NCBI RefSeq assembly: GCF_009914755.1
Contig: NC_060933.1
Source: the human T2T-CHM13v2.0 reference genome, Homo sapiens
Reading direction: 5' to 3' (one strand)
DNA: 64,000 nt
Positions 1 through 24,208 of this stretch are shown here, in pieces. Every line of letters begins with the position of its first letter. Positions within the stretch are counted from its first letter, which is position 1. Below the pieces are notes generated by a model that worked only from the letters and a program-made list of their open reading frames with translations, made no database searches and was not told the origin of the DNA. The translations under genes and the position numbers were made by a program.

Positions 1-116
1 CCTGGTTCTGGGAGGTGAGGAGGAAAAGGCTCCCATTGTGCGCCTTGGATCATCATCACCGCATCCCCAGGCGCTGCGCTTACATTACTGCATCAACCCT
101 CACCTGCACCCTAGGG

Positions 117-328
117 CAAGGTTTTCAGCCTCAGCACCATTGACCTGGGGGGCTGGGTAATTCTCCATGGTAGGGCGTGGGGGCTGCCCTGTGCACGTGG
201 GATGTGCAGCACCATCACTGGCTTCCATGTGGCACTTCAATGTGCCCCGTCCCCAGTTGTTGCAACTCAAAGTGCCTCCAGTAATTGCCAAATTGGGGGC
301 AAAATCGTCCTAGACTGAGACTCGCTGC
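117..328 (-). mobile_element. MER20 (hAT-Charlie) fossil
   Basis: attgccaaattgggggcaaaatcg and neighbouring text resemble the MER20 consensus. Confidence 0.6.
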
Positions 329-1050
329 CTCAGGAGGAAAGGATGGTCATGCCCATTTTACAGAGGGTAAGTGAAGGCTGGGAGAGGCAAAGTCACTTGC
401 CTGGGGTCACAGTTTCTAAGAAGCAGAGAGGAGAGTTGAACCCAGGGCTGCCTGACTCCAGAGCCCAGTGTTTCACCCCCAGGCCAGGCAGCCCTGGGCA
501 GGCATTGGGCATCCACTCCCCGGCGGGCGGCTGCAGCTGCCCCCCCACCTCCATGCCTCCAGCTGCCTGCCTCCTTTGGCGCCCACAGCCAGGTCAGGCT
601 GAGCAAGGAACCCTGGGGAGCCCAGCTTCATCTGAACCGCTCTGCTGTCACGGGAAACGCCTCCCCTGGCCCTCTGCGGCAGCATGGCCTGTCCCCTGCC
701 CCCACCCACTCCCCTAAATAAGCAGAATTGCTGCGTCGGCATTTCCTGCCCAGCTCATGCCTTACAGTTACGAGGCATTTATGGGAGCCTGGGGAGCAGC
801 CAGCAGCATCTCCCGGCAGACCTGAGCCCGCCTCCCTGTCTCCCCAGGGGCCTGGTCCATCCCGGCACATCCCAGCCAGAAGAGTTAAGGGAAAGGCCCC
901 AGGAAGAAAAACATTACTTATTTATTTTTCCGTTTAAACCACCTGTCACAACTTGTAGGAAAGTTCGAAAATACAGAAAAGCAAAATCATAATAATTTTT
1001 CTATTAAACTCACCCACAATTCTTCATCCAGAGCTAATAACTGTTAATAC

Positions 1051-3606
<2,556 letters not shown>

Positions 3607-3989
3607 TCATTTTTTGCCCAGCCTCTCACCCTCTTCCCCTCCCAGCCTGGGCCGGCTGGCAGTGGGACTCTGGCTCCCAGGGCAGGGGGTTGCCATGTAC
3701 CCTTCTGACACCTCAGGGTCTGGCCCAGTGCCTGTGCTCCTGGTAGCACAGGAGACCTTGCTGCCCCACAGGGGCGGCCAGGTGGAGGCACCTGCGGCCA
3801 AAGTGCTCCAGATGGCTTCCAGCCAGAGGCTCTCTCCCTGGATGATGGAGCAGGTGGCCCTTGGGACCCAGCCAGGAGTAGCTGGAGTGAGGCCCAGAGT
3901 CCTGGGAGCTCGTGCCTTTCACTGCTGACCCAGTGCCCGCATTTCTGCCCCTGAAGGGGAGGGCAGCTCCTCAGGCAGAAGGACGGTGA

Positions 3990-4220
3990 GCTCTGGAACC
4001 TGATTTGGGCTTGAAGCTGTACCCCACACCTGCCAACTATACATCCTTGGGCAAGTTCCTCAGTCTCTCTGTGCCTTGGCCATCTCATCTGTGAAATGGG
4101 GATGTTAAAAATAGCGCCTGCAGGGTGGGGCCGTTGTGAGGAGTGAATGAGTTGAGCCGCGCAGTGTTTAGAACAGGGCCTGGCACCAAGTCAGCCATCC
4201 CTAAGTGTCAGCTGCTGTGA
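3990..4220 (+). mobile_element. MIR
   Basis: ccttgggcaagttcctcagtctctctgtgccttggccatctcatctgtgaaatggggatg core. Confidence 0.7.
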
Positions 4221-5770
4221 TTGCTTTGTTTCCTCTGTGCCCCCTCCCCAAAACCTGCTAGGAGGGTTCAGGCTCACTCACACCTCCTTTCTCACTCATC
4301 ATATTCCTGAGCACCTCAACGTGACCAGCCTGGCCCAGTGAACCAGACAGACACAGGCTCTGCCCTCCCGGAGCTCCCGGTGGGCCCCTCGCTGCCACCT
4401 GCCTTACACACCAGGCAGGATTGAGATTCTTTGTAATCTGCAGAGGGGCCCAAGCTTTTGTGCCAACAAGAAGGACCAGGAAGACTCCCGAAGCCCCTGC
4501 CCACCCCACCACCCTCACCTGGCCAAGCCCGGCCTGACTCAGCAGGCCCCAGAAACCTCGGTGCCTGTTCCTCAAACACCCGGACACCTCCTTCCCCTTT
4601 CCCCTCCTGCCCACAGAGGGCTTAAGATTGGGGATGGGGTTGTTTGGGGGGTAGGGGATGAGGGCAGAGGGAGGCTCACAGGACTGGGGAGGTGGGGCGT
4701 GAATGGGACAGTTGGGAACCAGGAAATGGAGTTTCCAGCGCCCTTCTAGCAGGCACAGCTGACTGTGCCACCTGCCTTCAGAGGTCTCCCCATGCCCAAG
4801 AAAGGACGCATGGGCCCCCTGGCTTGGCCCAGCAGGAACATGAGGGCCAGGCAGGGCCAATTCCCAAGAAGCTGAGCCTGCAAGGGACCCGTGGAGAAGA
4901 CGGGCCTATAAGTTGAGGACGGGGCTCCTGGTGGCCCCCACAGCCCAGGCCAGGCTTGCGGTGCTGGGGAGTACAGGCCTGGACAATGCCTTTGACGGGG
5001 TGGCTTTGAGACCTGTGACTCGAGTTTTACACAGCCAGGCAGCGCTAACCCCGGAGACCAGGATCCCGACCTCTGGGTGTCAACACGGCGCCCCCTGCAT
5101 TTCCAGGGCTAGGACAAGAGCACAGATGGAGGCTCCTGTACCACGTGTCTGGATATTTAAAGCCGCCCATCAAGCTGTTGAATAAAGTTCAGCCAGTCCT
5201 AGACAAGCAATCCCTTCACAGTGACCTGAAAGGCTGGGCTCAAATCTGTACCCTTGGACTCCTCCAGCTGTGGCCAGCACGTGGTGGGGTGGCTGGGCCT
5301 GGCTTCCCCAACCAGTCACCCTACCCAGGCTCTGATCCTGGGTGGCCTAGAAGGAGTGTGCAGGCTCTGGGGGGCACGCCCCTTAAGCCCATGGCGGGGT
5401 TGGGGAGGCCCTGAGCAGGGCTGGAGATACCCAGCCTCACCTCCTGGGGCCCCCTGGGGCCACAGAAGCTATCAGGCAGCCTCTGTGACCCCTCTTGGAA
5501 GACCGGCCACAAATACCCACAGTCCCATGGTGCACATAGGGGCAGAGCTCTGGGGTAGCAGGAAACCTACGAGTGGAGACATTTGGGCCCACCCCCAGCC
5601 AGCCAGCTGCCTGCTTGGCCAACGGCAAATGTGTACTGCTGTGCGTGCCACGCTGGACAGCCCTGTGCCAGCCACTGGGGCAGCCAAGGGAAGTCTTGAG
5701 TGAGAAGCAGCCTCAGTTCAGACTGACGTGTCAGGGGGACGTAAGCCCTGGTGTTGCTGGTTCTTTAGAT

Positions 5771-6071
5771 CAGCATTTCCCTGGGGACAAGTTTCGTGGA
5801 AGACAATTTTCCGATAAATAATCAGAGTGGGGGATGGTTTTCAGGTGAAACTGTTCCATCTCAGATCATCAGGCATTAGATTCTCATAAGCAGCATGCAA
5901 CCTAGATCCCTTGAATGCACAGTTGACAATAGGGTTCATGTCCTATGAATCTGGCAGGAGGTGGAGCTCAGGCAGTGATGCTCACTTGCCACTCGCCTCC
6001 TGCTGTGTGGCCCCATTCCTAGCAGGCCATGGACCGGTACTGGTCTGTGGCCTGGGGGTTGGGGACCCCTG
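5771..6071 (-). mobile_element. MER1B (hAT-Charlie) DNA transposon fossil
   Basis: tcagatcatcaggcattagattctcataag...gggggttggggacccctg terminal motif. Confidence 0.8.
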
Positions 6072-6487
6072 CTCTAGATGTTTCAAGAAAAACCAGAAAT
6101 CTCAAGTTTAATGTCAACCTTTGGATTTTCAAACATTGACAACTACCTTGTCTATCTTTAAAATCATGGGGACCAATTCTTCAAAAAGTCAAACAGAATT
6201 CACATAAGATCCAGCAGTTCTGCTCCTAGTACAGGTCCTCAAAGAATGGAAAGAAGGTATTCAAACAAAAGCTTGTACACAAATGCTCACAGTGGCACGA
6301 TTCACAATAACCAAAGGCTACTGGGAAAACAGCACAAAAGCCACATTTGGGAAATAAATTGTCCATCAACTATCCATCAACTAATGAATGGATAAACAAA
6401 ATGCTGTACAGCCACACAGTGGACTGTGATTCAGTCAGAAAAAGGCATGAAGCACTACGATGTGGGTGAACTTAAAAACATTATGCC

Positions 6488-7862
<1,375 letters not shown>

Positions 7863-7958
7863 CTATGAAATGCCCAGAATAGGCAAATCCATGGGGACAG
7901 TAAGTAGACTGGTGTTCGCCAGGGGCTTGGGGAGGGGAGAAGGGGGAGTGCCTGCTTA

Positions 7959-13601
<5,643 letters not shown>

Positions 13602-14086
13602 TCAGGGGTCTGAAGAGGGGCAGGGGGATGGGAGGCTGGTGATCCTAGTTCAGCAGTGGCAAAGCCGGTGTCTGAGGGAGCCTGGTGGGGGGGTGACCCT
13701 GGGTTTCTGCCTCCAGCCCTTTGAGAAGCATGGGCTTTGCGTGTCCTGTCTCTTGGGGTCACACGTGGGAGTTACTGAAGTGAAGGCCCAGGCACATCCG
13801 CCTAACAGGGGCGGGGCAGCTGCAGTCCCGCCCACGGCCACCGGGGGCGGTGTGTATGGTTCTCCGCACAAGCCGAGGAGCTGAAGAGCACGGGGAGGAT
13901 GAAATCTTGCCCGCTCTGCTCTGGCCGTCTGGGTGCAGCTGCGTCCTCCTGGAGGCAGGAAGGGGCACCAGGCGGGCTAGCGTGCCACAGACCCACAGGT
14001 GAATGGGCCCACAGCCCAAGTCCTCACCAATGCTCTCCTAAGCAAAGGGAAAGTATCCAGGGAACCTCGGGGTGTTGTTAGGGTTA

Positions 14087-14815
<729 letters not shown>

Positions 14816-15847
14816 TCAGAATTTTTTTTAAAAGCCCCCAAGTGAGCCCAATGTGCTCCCTAAGGTTAAAAACTCAAGGCTGAAAACTACCAATCTGACA
14901 ATTCTGTTGCAATGCTGCTTGAAAACAAAGATAACTGTGTCTACTGAGCTGACAGGACAGCAACAGAGTTCCTCCTCCTGCAGTTTCAAACACCCAAACT
15001 ACGAATATGCCATTTCTGCCATTTGACTTGGCAAATGCCTTCTGTGTAGTAGGACAGGGTGACGATAACTCACGTCTTTGGAGTCATGGAGGGATCCCTT
15101 GTGTACAGAAACTGCCTTTGTGGTGCTGTACAACATTATCAATTCTATTTGAGCTGAGGCTAAATTTTAGTTTCGTCCCTCAATTATTTATTCCTCAATG
15201 AATGGTGAAACCCAGGAGGTGGGGGCGATTGTGGGGGCGGATGGGTCAGGAAAGAGATGTCTGGTGACTTCAAAAACCATCACTAAGGCTGCTGCATAAC
15301 CAATTCCACAAATGACCACCATGCAGCACTCATCTCTCGCCAGGCCATTGGGCAAATTTATTACTCCCCCTAAGTCCCAAACACACCATTTTACCCTCCC
15401 TGGTAATTTGTGTATGCATACTGAACAAGCCAAGCAGGCCAAGTGGGCTGTGTGCACACACTTCTGGGTACAGAAGGAGACACAGAGGCGGAGGTCAAGT
15501 GCCTTTTAACAGGCACAAGTGTGGGGAAGCTGACTACATTTCCTGAAGTTTATTGTTTTATAAAGTGTGTTCCACTTCCATAACCATCAGCAATTACCCC
15601 TGGCAAGGGCAATTCTACCCTGTCCCTCCACCAGTGCTTCTGGCAGCTCCTTTCACGGGTCACTGTTCATCTGTTCCTCCTATCTCACCTCCACCCCAAT
15701 TCCAGCCTAATGATCAGCACATATTTCTGTTGGACCAAACTTCAGTCTGTAACTAAACAGCACAGCTGGCCTCAATGCACCTCATTACTGTACAGAGAAG
15801 ATTCCAAAAGGAGCTAGGAAGGAGGGCCGGGCTGGATAATGAAACTT

Positions 15848-15993
15848 TTTATATCTGAATTGCACAAATCCCCACCAAGTAATTTCAGCATAAAGCAAAC
15901 CAAATGGCAGACGAAATGATGTTAGTACCTTGTAGTTTACTTCATAATACATAACCTCTAATCCATGTCCATCTTCTTGTTTCTGCTTTTAAT
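15848..15993 (-). terminator. Cluster of variant poly(A) signals: ATTAAA (15988-15993), AGTAAA (15936-15941), TATAAA (15848-15853)
   Basis: Hexamers read on the minus strand, with U/GU-rich sequence downstream; position fits the SETX 3' end. Confidence 0.6.
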
Positions 15994-18715
15994 TCTGCCA
16001 TTTCCTCTTAAAATTTAGGGTTTAACAAAGACAACAGGGCTGTTTGCCAAATCGCAGCTATTAATTCACAGCATAGAAAAGTCAAAGCTATAGCAAAAAA
16101 TTGCTAATCTGCACAACTTTAAAAAATAGTTCAGTACATTTTTGTTATAAAATTCATTTACAGGAGGTTATTCACATGTACTTGTCAAATTTACTCCTGA
16201 TAATTCACAAAAACATACAACTCAACAAACTGTGCACAATAAATCCAAGGCAAATTATATACAAAGAAACAAAACAAGCTTTTAAGTAGCACATATTCAT
16301 TTGAAATAACTAATATTGAAAGAAGACAGGGAACTTTCTTTTAATGCCATGGCAAAGACGAAGCGAAGAGCCACACTTCACACCTTGTAAAAAGAATAGC
16401 CCTGTTCAACAACGCTGCGCTGACAGCCACATCAGGAGGGGCCACGGTGAACATAGGAAATGGCTTTGGCAAATACTTGTACCAACTGGAACGAGTGAAG
16501 TTTCAAAAGTAATGTGAGGTACAACTGCATTCCGCTGTGAAAGGCCGTCACAGGACACAGGCTCGTCTGTTAGAAAGGATGATCTAGTTCTACCATTAAT
16601 TCTTGCAGAATCAGATCTGCTGAGTGGTGAACCAACAGGTGAACACAACGTAAGAACAGGCATCAAACTTCACTGGAAATAATATTGTTCAGTGTGTGGC
16701 GGCAAAATATGCATTTTAGAGAAAACTTATTTCTCAAATCATGTGTTAATAGTATTAACATGAGCAGCGTGAGAGACATCCTGACCCCAACGTTTTTGCC
16801 ATGCCTCCCTTTAGAAGCTTAGGAGTTTGTACATTCCCTAAGTGGTCAGCACTACAAGTGTCTGCTAAAATGGGCACTTCATCAAGATAACAGGAAAGCA
16901 AACTTAAAGTAACGAGATTTCTTCCCAAAGGCACATGGAAGAAGCTGATAGAGCCCTTGACCCAGACAGAATGGGACCCATCCCTACCCGTCCTGAACTG
17001 TCGCACACTGCATGGCCAAAGACAAACTCTCCACCCCCACAGAGGAAGCAGTGGCTGACTCTGGGGACAAAGCACTCCAGGAAGTCACCTGCTCCCTGGG
17101 TTTCAGGAGTATTCAGTTGACCGTCTGGACACCAGTGAGGGAGACACAGGTAATGAAATCAAATGCTCAAACTTTTGGCAACCGAAAGTTGTTTTTTAAA
17201 GCTCTTTATAATCTGCTCAAGTAGAATTTCTAACACAAAACCCTTTTTTGCTTAAAAAGCAGATGACAAAGGAAATGTCAAATAATGCACATGAATCTTC
17301 AGCTATTTTCCTACCCCCAAATGAGATATGGGGCTGCACAGCATTCACTACAGATCCCTAGTTTTTACAACTGTCAACTGTACATTCTCATGTTTAGGAT
17401 ACTCCAGTTCACTGCGTGGATATTTGGAAAACTGGACAAAATCAGGCAGCCCACCCCTCCCTTGTCCCGAGCTTCCTCGATCTCCATTCACCATGACCAA
17501 TTTTTTCCCCCACAAAAGCACTATCACCTCTAATAGTAGCTGGAAACACCTATCAGATATTCTAAACAGCATGTATTTTTACCAGGTAGATGATTTCTGA
17601 AGATCACAGGAAGTCTACCACTCTCTTCCCAGTTCTGAACTCCTCTGGTTACGCTTCATTTTAAATCGGGTGCTTCTTTCCCGCCCAAAATATTCTATTT
17701 GGCCTGCCCCAGTGGTTCCCAAGCTGCCTGGTGATCAGAATCCCTTGGGAAATGTTGAACACACAGCTTCCCAGGCTTTCTGGAAAACTAGTTAGATCTG
17801 TCTGACAATCTGTAAGCTGAGGCGATTCTTCCACAGCTGACCCAGCGCTAATCTAGCATTTGGCAACCAAATGTCTGTACCTCACCAGTCACACAAGGCT
17901 CACAATATGCTGGGAGCATTTGAATGATAGCTCAAGAATTATTCTTTCACTCCATATTCTTCTCTCTCAAGAAGATTAGGAATTTTAGCTAGGGAACTAT
18001 GTGCATACTGAAACAGGTAAATGAACTCATCACAGAAATATAATACCCTGGGCCAATGCACTCTATCTAAAAATGCACCATGTCAGCAAGACTTTACCTA
18101 ACATAACCGTGCTGCCCAAAGTGTCCCCTAGGAGACTCCAGGTTTTTGGGGGGGTTTTTGCTTTTTTTAATAGAGCCAGAGACACCTGACCCACCAGCAC
18201 TAACTCAGCTTATTCCAAGCTAGGCTGTTAAATAATTATCTGTCTTGCTCTAACAATGGTTGAAAGGACCCGCCCTCCTCCCATCTTTTTTTTTTTGGTA
18301 ATATAAAGTTTGTTCTGTTGAAAACTGATTAACATTTTAAACAGGGGGAAAGAAAAGCGGTCTACTAGATTAAATTTTAAAAGGATTTTGTTATTTGCTA
18401 TACAAATATACATTTCAACTTTTACAACATTCACTCCAGTCTGACCTCCTTGTCTATAGAAGACTAAGAGATCAACATTTCCAGTCTCTGACTTCAAGGA
18501 CATTATTACGGATACACAATGCCCTCTGAAAGCTTTTGCAAATGACAGAAAATACTGAAGATGACCAGAGGCTCAGGTGTTAAGGATGCATTTTCCATGT
18601 TTTCCAACAGCACACAAACTCCTTACAAAAAACAAGCTTATCTAGATGGTCCCACGAGCTGGTCATCTTCAGTTTACAATATGCTGTGGCTGCTGGCCCA
18701 TGTCACTGGGCTTTC
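15917..18715 (-). other. SETX: SETX 3' UTR (~2.8 kb, distal end approximate)
   Basis: Alu-free unique sequence directly following the stop codon and ending in a cluster of poly(A) signals. Confidence 0.8.
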
Positions 18716-19462
18716 CTATAAAAGCTTTCTTTTCTTGGAACTGCTGTCCTCCTGCTCCAGTGTCCTCTTGTCCCACCTAGAGTTCCTCCTGGTGTGATGG
18801 GTCTCGGAACCACACTTCTCCTGCTCCCCTTCACTGAAAGCCCTGGCCTCTCTCCTGTGACAGAGCTCCTCTTCCGGGTCATCACATTTGCTCTGACACG
18901 TGGAAGCCTCGGGACTGGCAGCTGGAGGTTCGCCCCGCACGGGAGGTTTGTGGCTGCTCAGAGCAGCCACTACAGCAGCGGGCTGCTGTATATGGCTCAG
19001 GTCCTGGTGAACGACAGGGAAGCCCGGCTCGCCCGTAGGAGGTGTTGCTCCAGGATGCTGGGGGCTCGAGGGTTGTGGATCCCAAAGGAATATTCCTCCT
19101 TTGACCTCAATGCCCATCCTCTTCAGCAGTCGTGGGTCCTGAAGTTGGTCATGAACAGGAGGTCTTTCAGGGTCCTTTGAAGTAACAGTAAGAGTAATTT
19201 CCTTGGAGTCAGAGGGTGTGTGGTATAGAGAAGCAGCAACAGATGTCTTGGCAAATCCACTGTCTAGCTTGCTGCTGGGCAAACCACCCTGGGGTCTGGA
19301 CCCCTCTGGGGCTATGGTAGGAGGGTGAGTGAGACTTCTCTGCAGCACAGGCTTGAGTTTCAGAATCTTCACTGCATCATGTCTATAGTTTTTGTCACAG
19401 GTCTTAATAATGGCACCACGCTTCTGAGCATCCTGAATCAGCTGATTCCAATGCTGGTTTTC
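18716..19462 (-). CDS. SETX: Senataxin last exon (26), coding part: end of helicase domain, Pro/Ser-rich tail, C-terminal NLS-like KKRK
   Basis: Acceptor attgtttcaag|GAA; encodes ENQHWNQLIQDAQKRG...EDSSSKKRKLL then TAG at 18716-18718 (ORF track 18716..19372). Confidence 0.98.
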   Translation of the reverse strand, partial: ENQHWNQLIQDAQKRGAIIKTCDKNYRHDAVKILKLKPVLQRSLTHPPTIAPEGSRPQGGLPSSKLDSGFAKTSVAASLYHTPSDSKEITLTVTSKDPERPPVHDQLQDPRLLKRMGIEVKGGIFLWDPQPSSPQHPGATPPTGEPGFPVVHQDLSHIQQPAAVVAALSSHKPPVRGEPPAASPEASTCQSKCDDPEEELCHRREARAFSEGEQEKCGSETHHTRRNSRWDKRTLEQEDSSSKKRKLL

Positions 19463-19662
19463 CTTGAAACAATGAGAAGGGAGAAATAATTACACCCCAA
19501 AGAGACACTGCTTGGGAAGCATAGAGTTCCAGCTTTCATTTCTGAACAAATAATACATATTATTGTATGAACATATTCTCAAGATTCATTACTCGTCAGA
19601 CAAGGATGAAAGGAAAAAATAAATTCAAATAAAAAATGATAAAGTCCCATTCCTAAAAATAA

Positions 19663-22980
<3,318 letters not shown>

Positions 22981-23388
22981 TTATACAGAAATTTTTGTGA
23001 GAGAGGTGTAGATCAGTGAGATTAACTTAAAGGCTTTTAATTCTAAAAAGAGATTACCCCAGTGAATCTTAGCCTAAACAAGCAGGAATGGAAGTACAAT
23101 TTCAAAGAGAGGAAAAAATAAAATAATATTGCTTTCTATTCCACTGGATATATTTAAGAGTGATGTAATAATTTTAATTGCTGTATTTTAAAATGTCAAT
23201 ATTGATAATACATCAGAAGCATAATCTTCAGTAATATTTAAACTTACAAAGATTTTTTCTATCAACTTAAAAATAGGAGGTACATAAAAATAAACGGTAC
23301 ACAGCTTTTAAAACTTCCTTCAGAGCAGGCACACAGACGACAAAGGCTGGAGGTGATAGAGGAGTGAAACAAGAAAGAAGGTGTATCT

Positions 23389-23407
23389 GAGCGCCACCTG
23401 GTGGCAG
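23389..23407 (-). promoter_or_regulatory. CTCF core motif in SETX intron 25
   Basis: Minus strand reads CTGCCACCAGGTGGCGCTC, a full match to CCASYAGRKGGCRS. Confidence 0.7.
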
Positions 23408-23759
23408 GAACCAAAACCAGGGGAAACAGCCACCAAGTTGGCTCTTCTTAGATGAAATCAATGACTTCATAAAAAAGAGAAATGAGGAAAACTACAAAGT
23501 TATTACCCCTAATAAGACAAACAGCAAATACGTGCTACATCTAGCTGTGATATCAGTGAATTAAGCTGTACCATTTGTCTACTGAAGTTGGAAACTCGTA
23601 CACCTCTTCCAGAGGGGCGCCTGTCCTGGCAGAAGAATGCCGGAGGCGCTAAGTGCTGGAGAAACAGAGTGAGCAGCACAGCTCCCAGTGCCAGCAGAAA
23701 AGCAGAGCAGAGCACGCGCCTGCAAACTCTCTCTGGCATTAAGCTGGGCCAATAACAGC

Positions 23760-23865
23760 CACATTTACTGAGTGTTTACTAAGTGCCAAGCAATTGCTTT
23801 GGCACTTTACATCTGTGGGTTTAATATACCTTCTTAACAATAATCCTATGATGTGGATAATTTGT
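23760..23865 (-). mobile_element. MIR fragment adjacent to the cassette-exon donor
   Basis: catttactgagtgtttactaagtgccaagca...acaataatcctatga. Confidence 0.55.
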
Positions 23866-23879
23866 TTTAAAATGGTCAC

Positions 23880-23966
23880 CTTGAGAGCCCAGTGTAGATA
23901 CTTGGGTTCTGGGCTGAAAAAAGGCGAATGGTTCACGTGTACACAAAAGCTCCTAGGAAGAAGTTG
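23880..23966 (-). CDS. SETX: Alternative in-frame cassette exon (87 nt, 29 aa) between SETX exons 25 and 26
   Basis: Acceptor gttttccag|CAA, donor AAG|gtgacc, phase 0-0, no stop; encodes QLLPRSFCVHVNHSPFFSPEPKYLHWALK. Matches my recollection of a longer annotated SETX isoform. Confidence 0.8.
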
Positions 23967-24091
23967 CTGGAAAACATAACAACCATTATTTTGTAATCCA
24001 GAAATCATTTACACTTTGATGGAAAATAAGAACAAAAACTCAATCCAACAACAGTAACAATGGGTAAACTTCTGAGCTCTCTGGTACCTAC

Positions 24092-24179
24092 CATCAGGGT
24101 CCTCAAATGTCCGAGGATGAAGAGGCTGTACTTGGCTCGTGTGATGGTGACATTCAATCTCTGCAAACTTGCCAGGAAT
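24092..24179 (-). CDS. SETX: Senataxin exon 25 (88 nt), motif VI
   Basis: Acceptor tattgcctag|A, donor ATG|gtaggt; encodes (G)FLASLQRLNVTITRAKYSLFILGHLRTLM. Confidence 0.97.
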
Positions 24180-24208
24180 CTAGGCAATAAAAAAAGAGTT
24201 CCTTCTTT

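Noticed and set aside
18794-19180. 128-aa plus-strand ORF opposite the SETX last exon
   Set aside because: Antisense shadow of a GC-rich coding exon, with no independent support
23606-23652. Two further CTCF-like GC-rich words near the strong motif
   Set aside because: Poor match in the 5' half of the core
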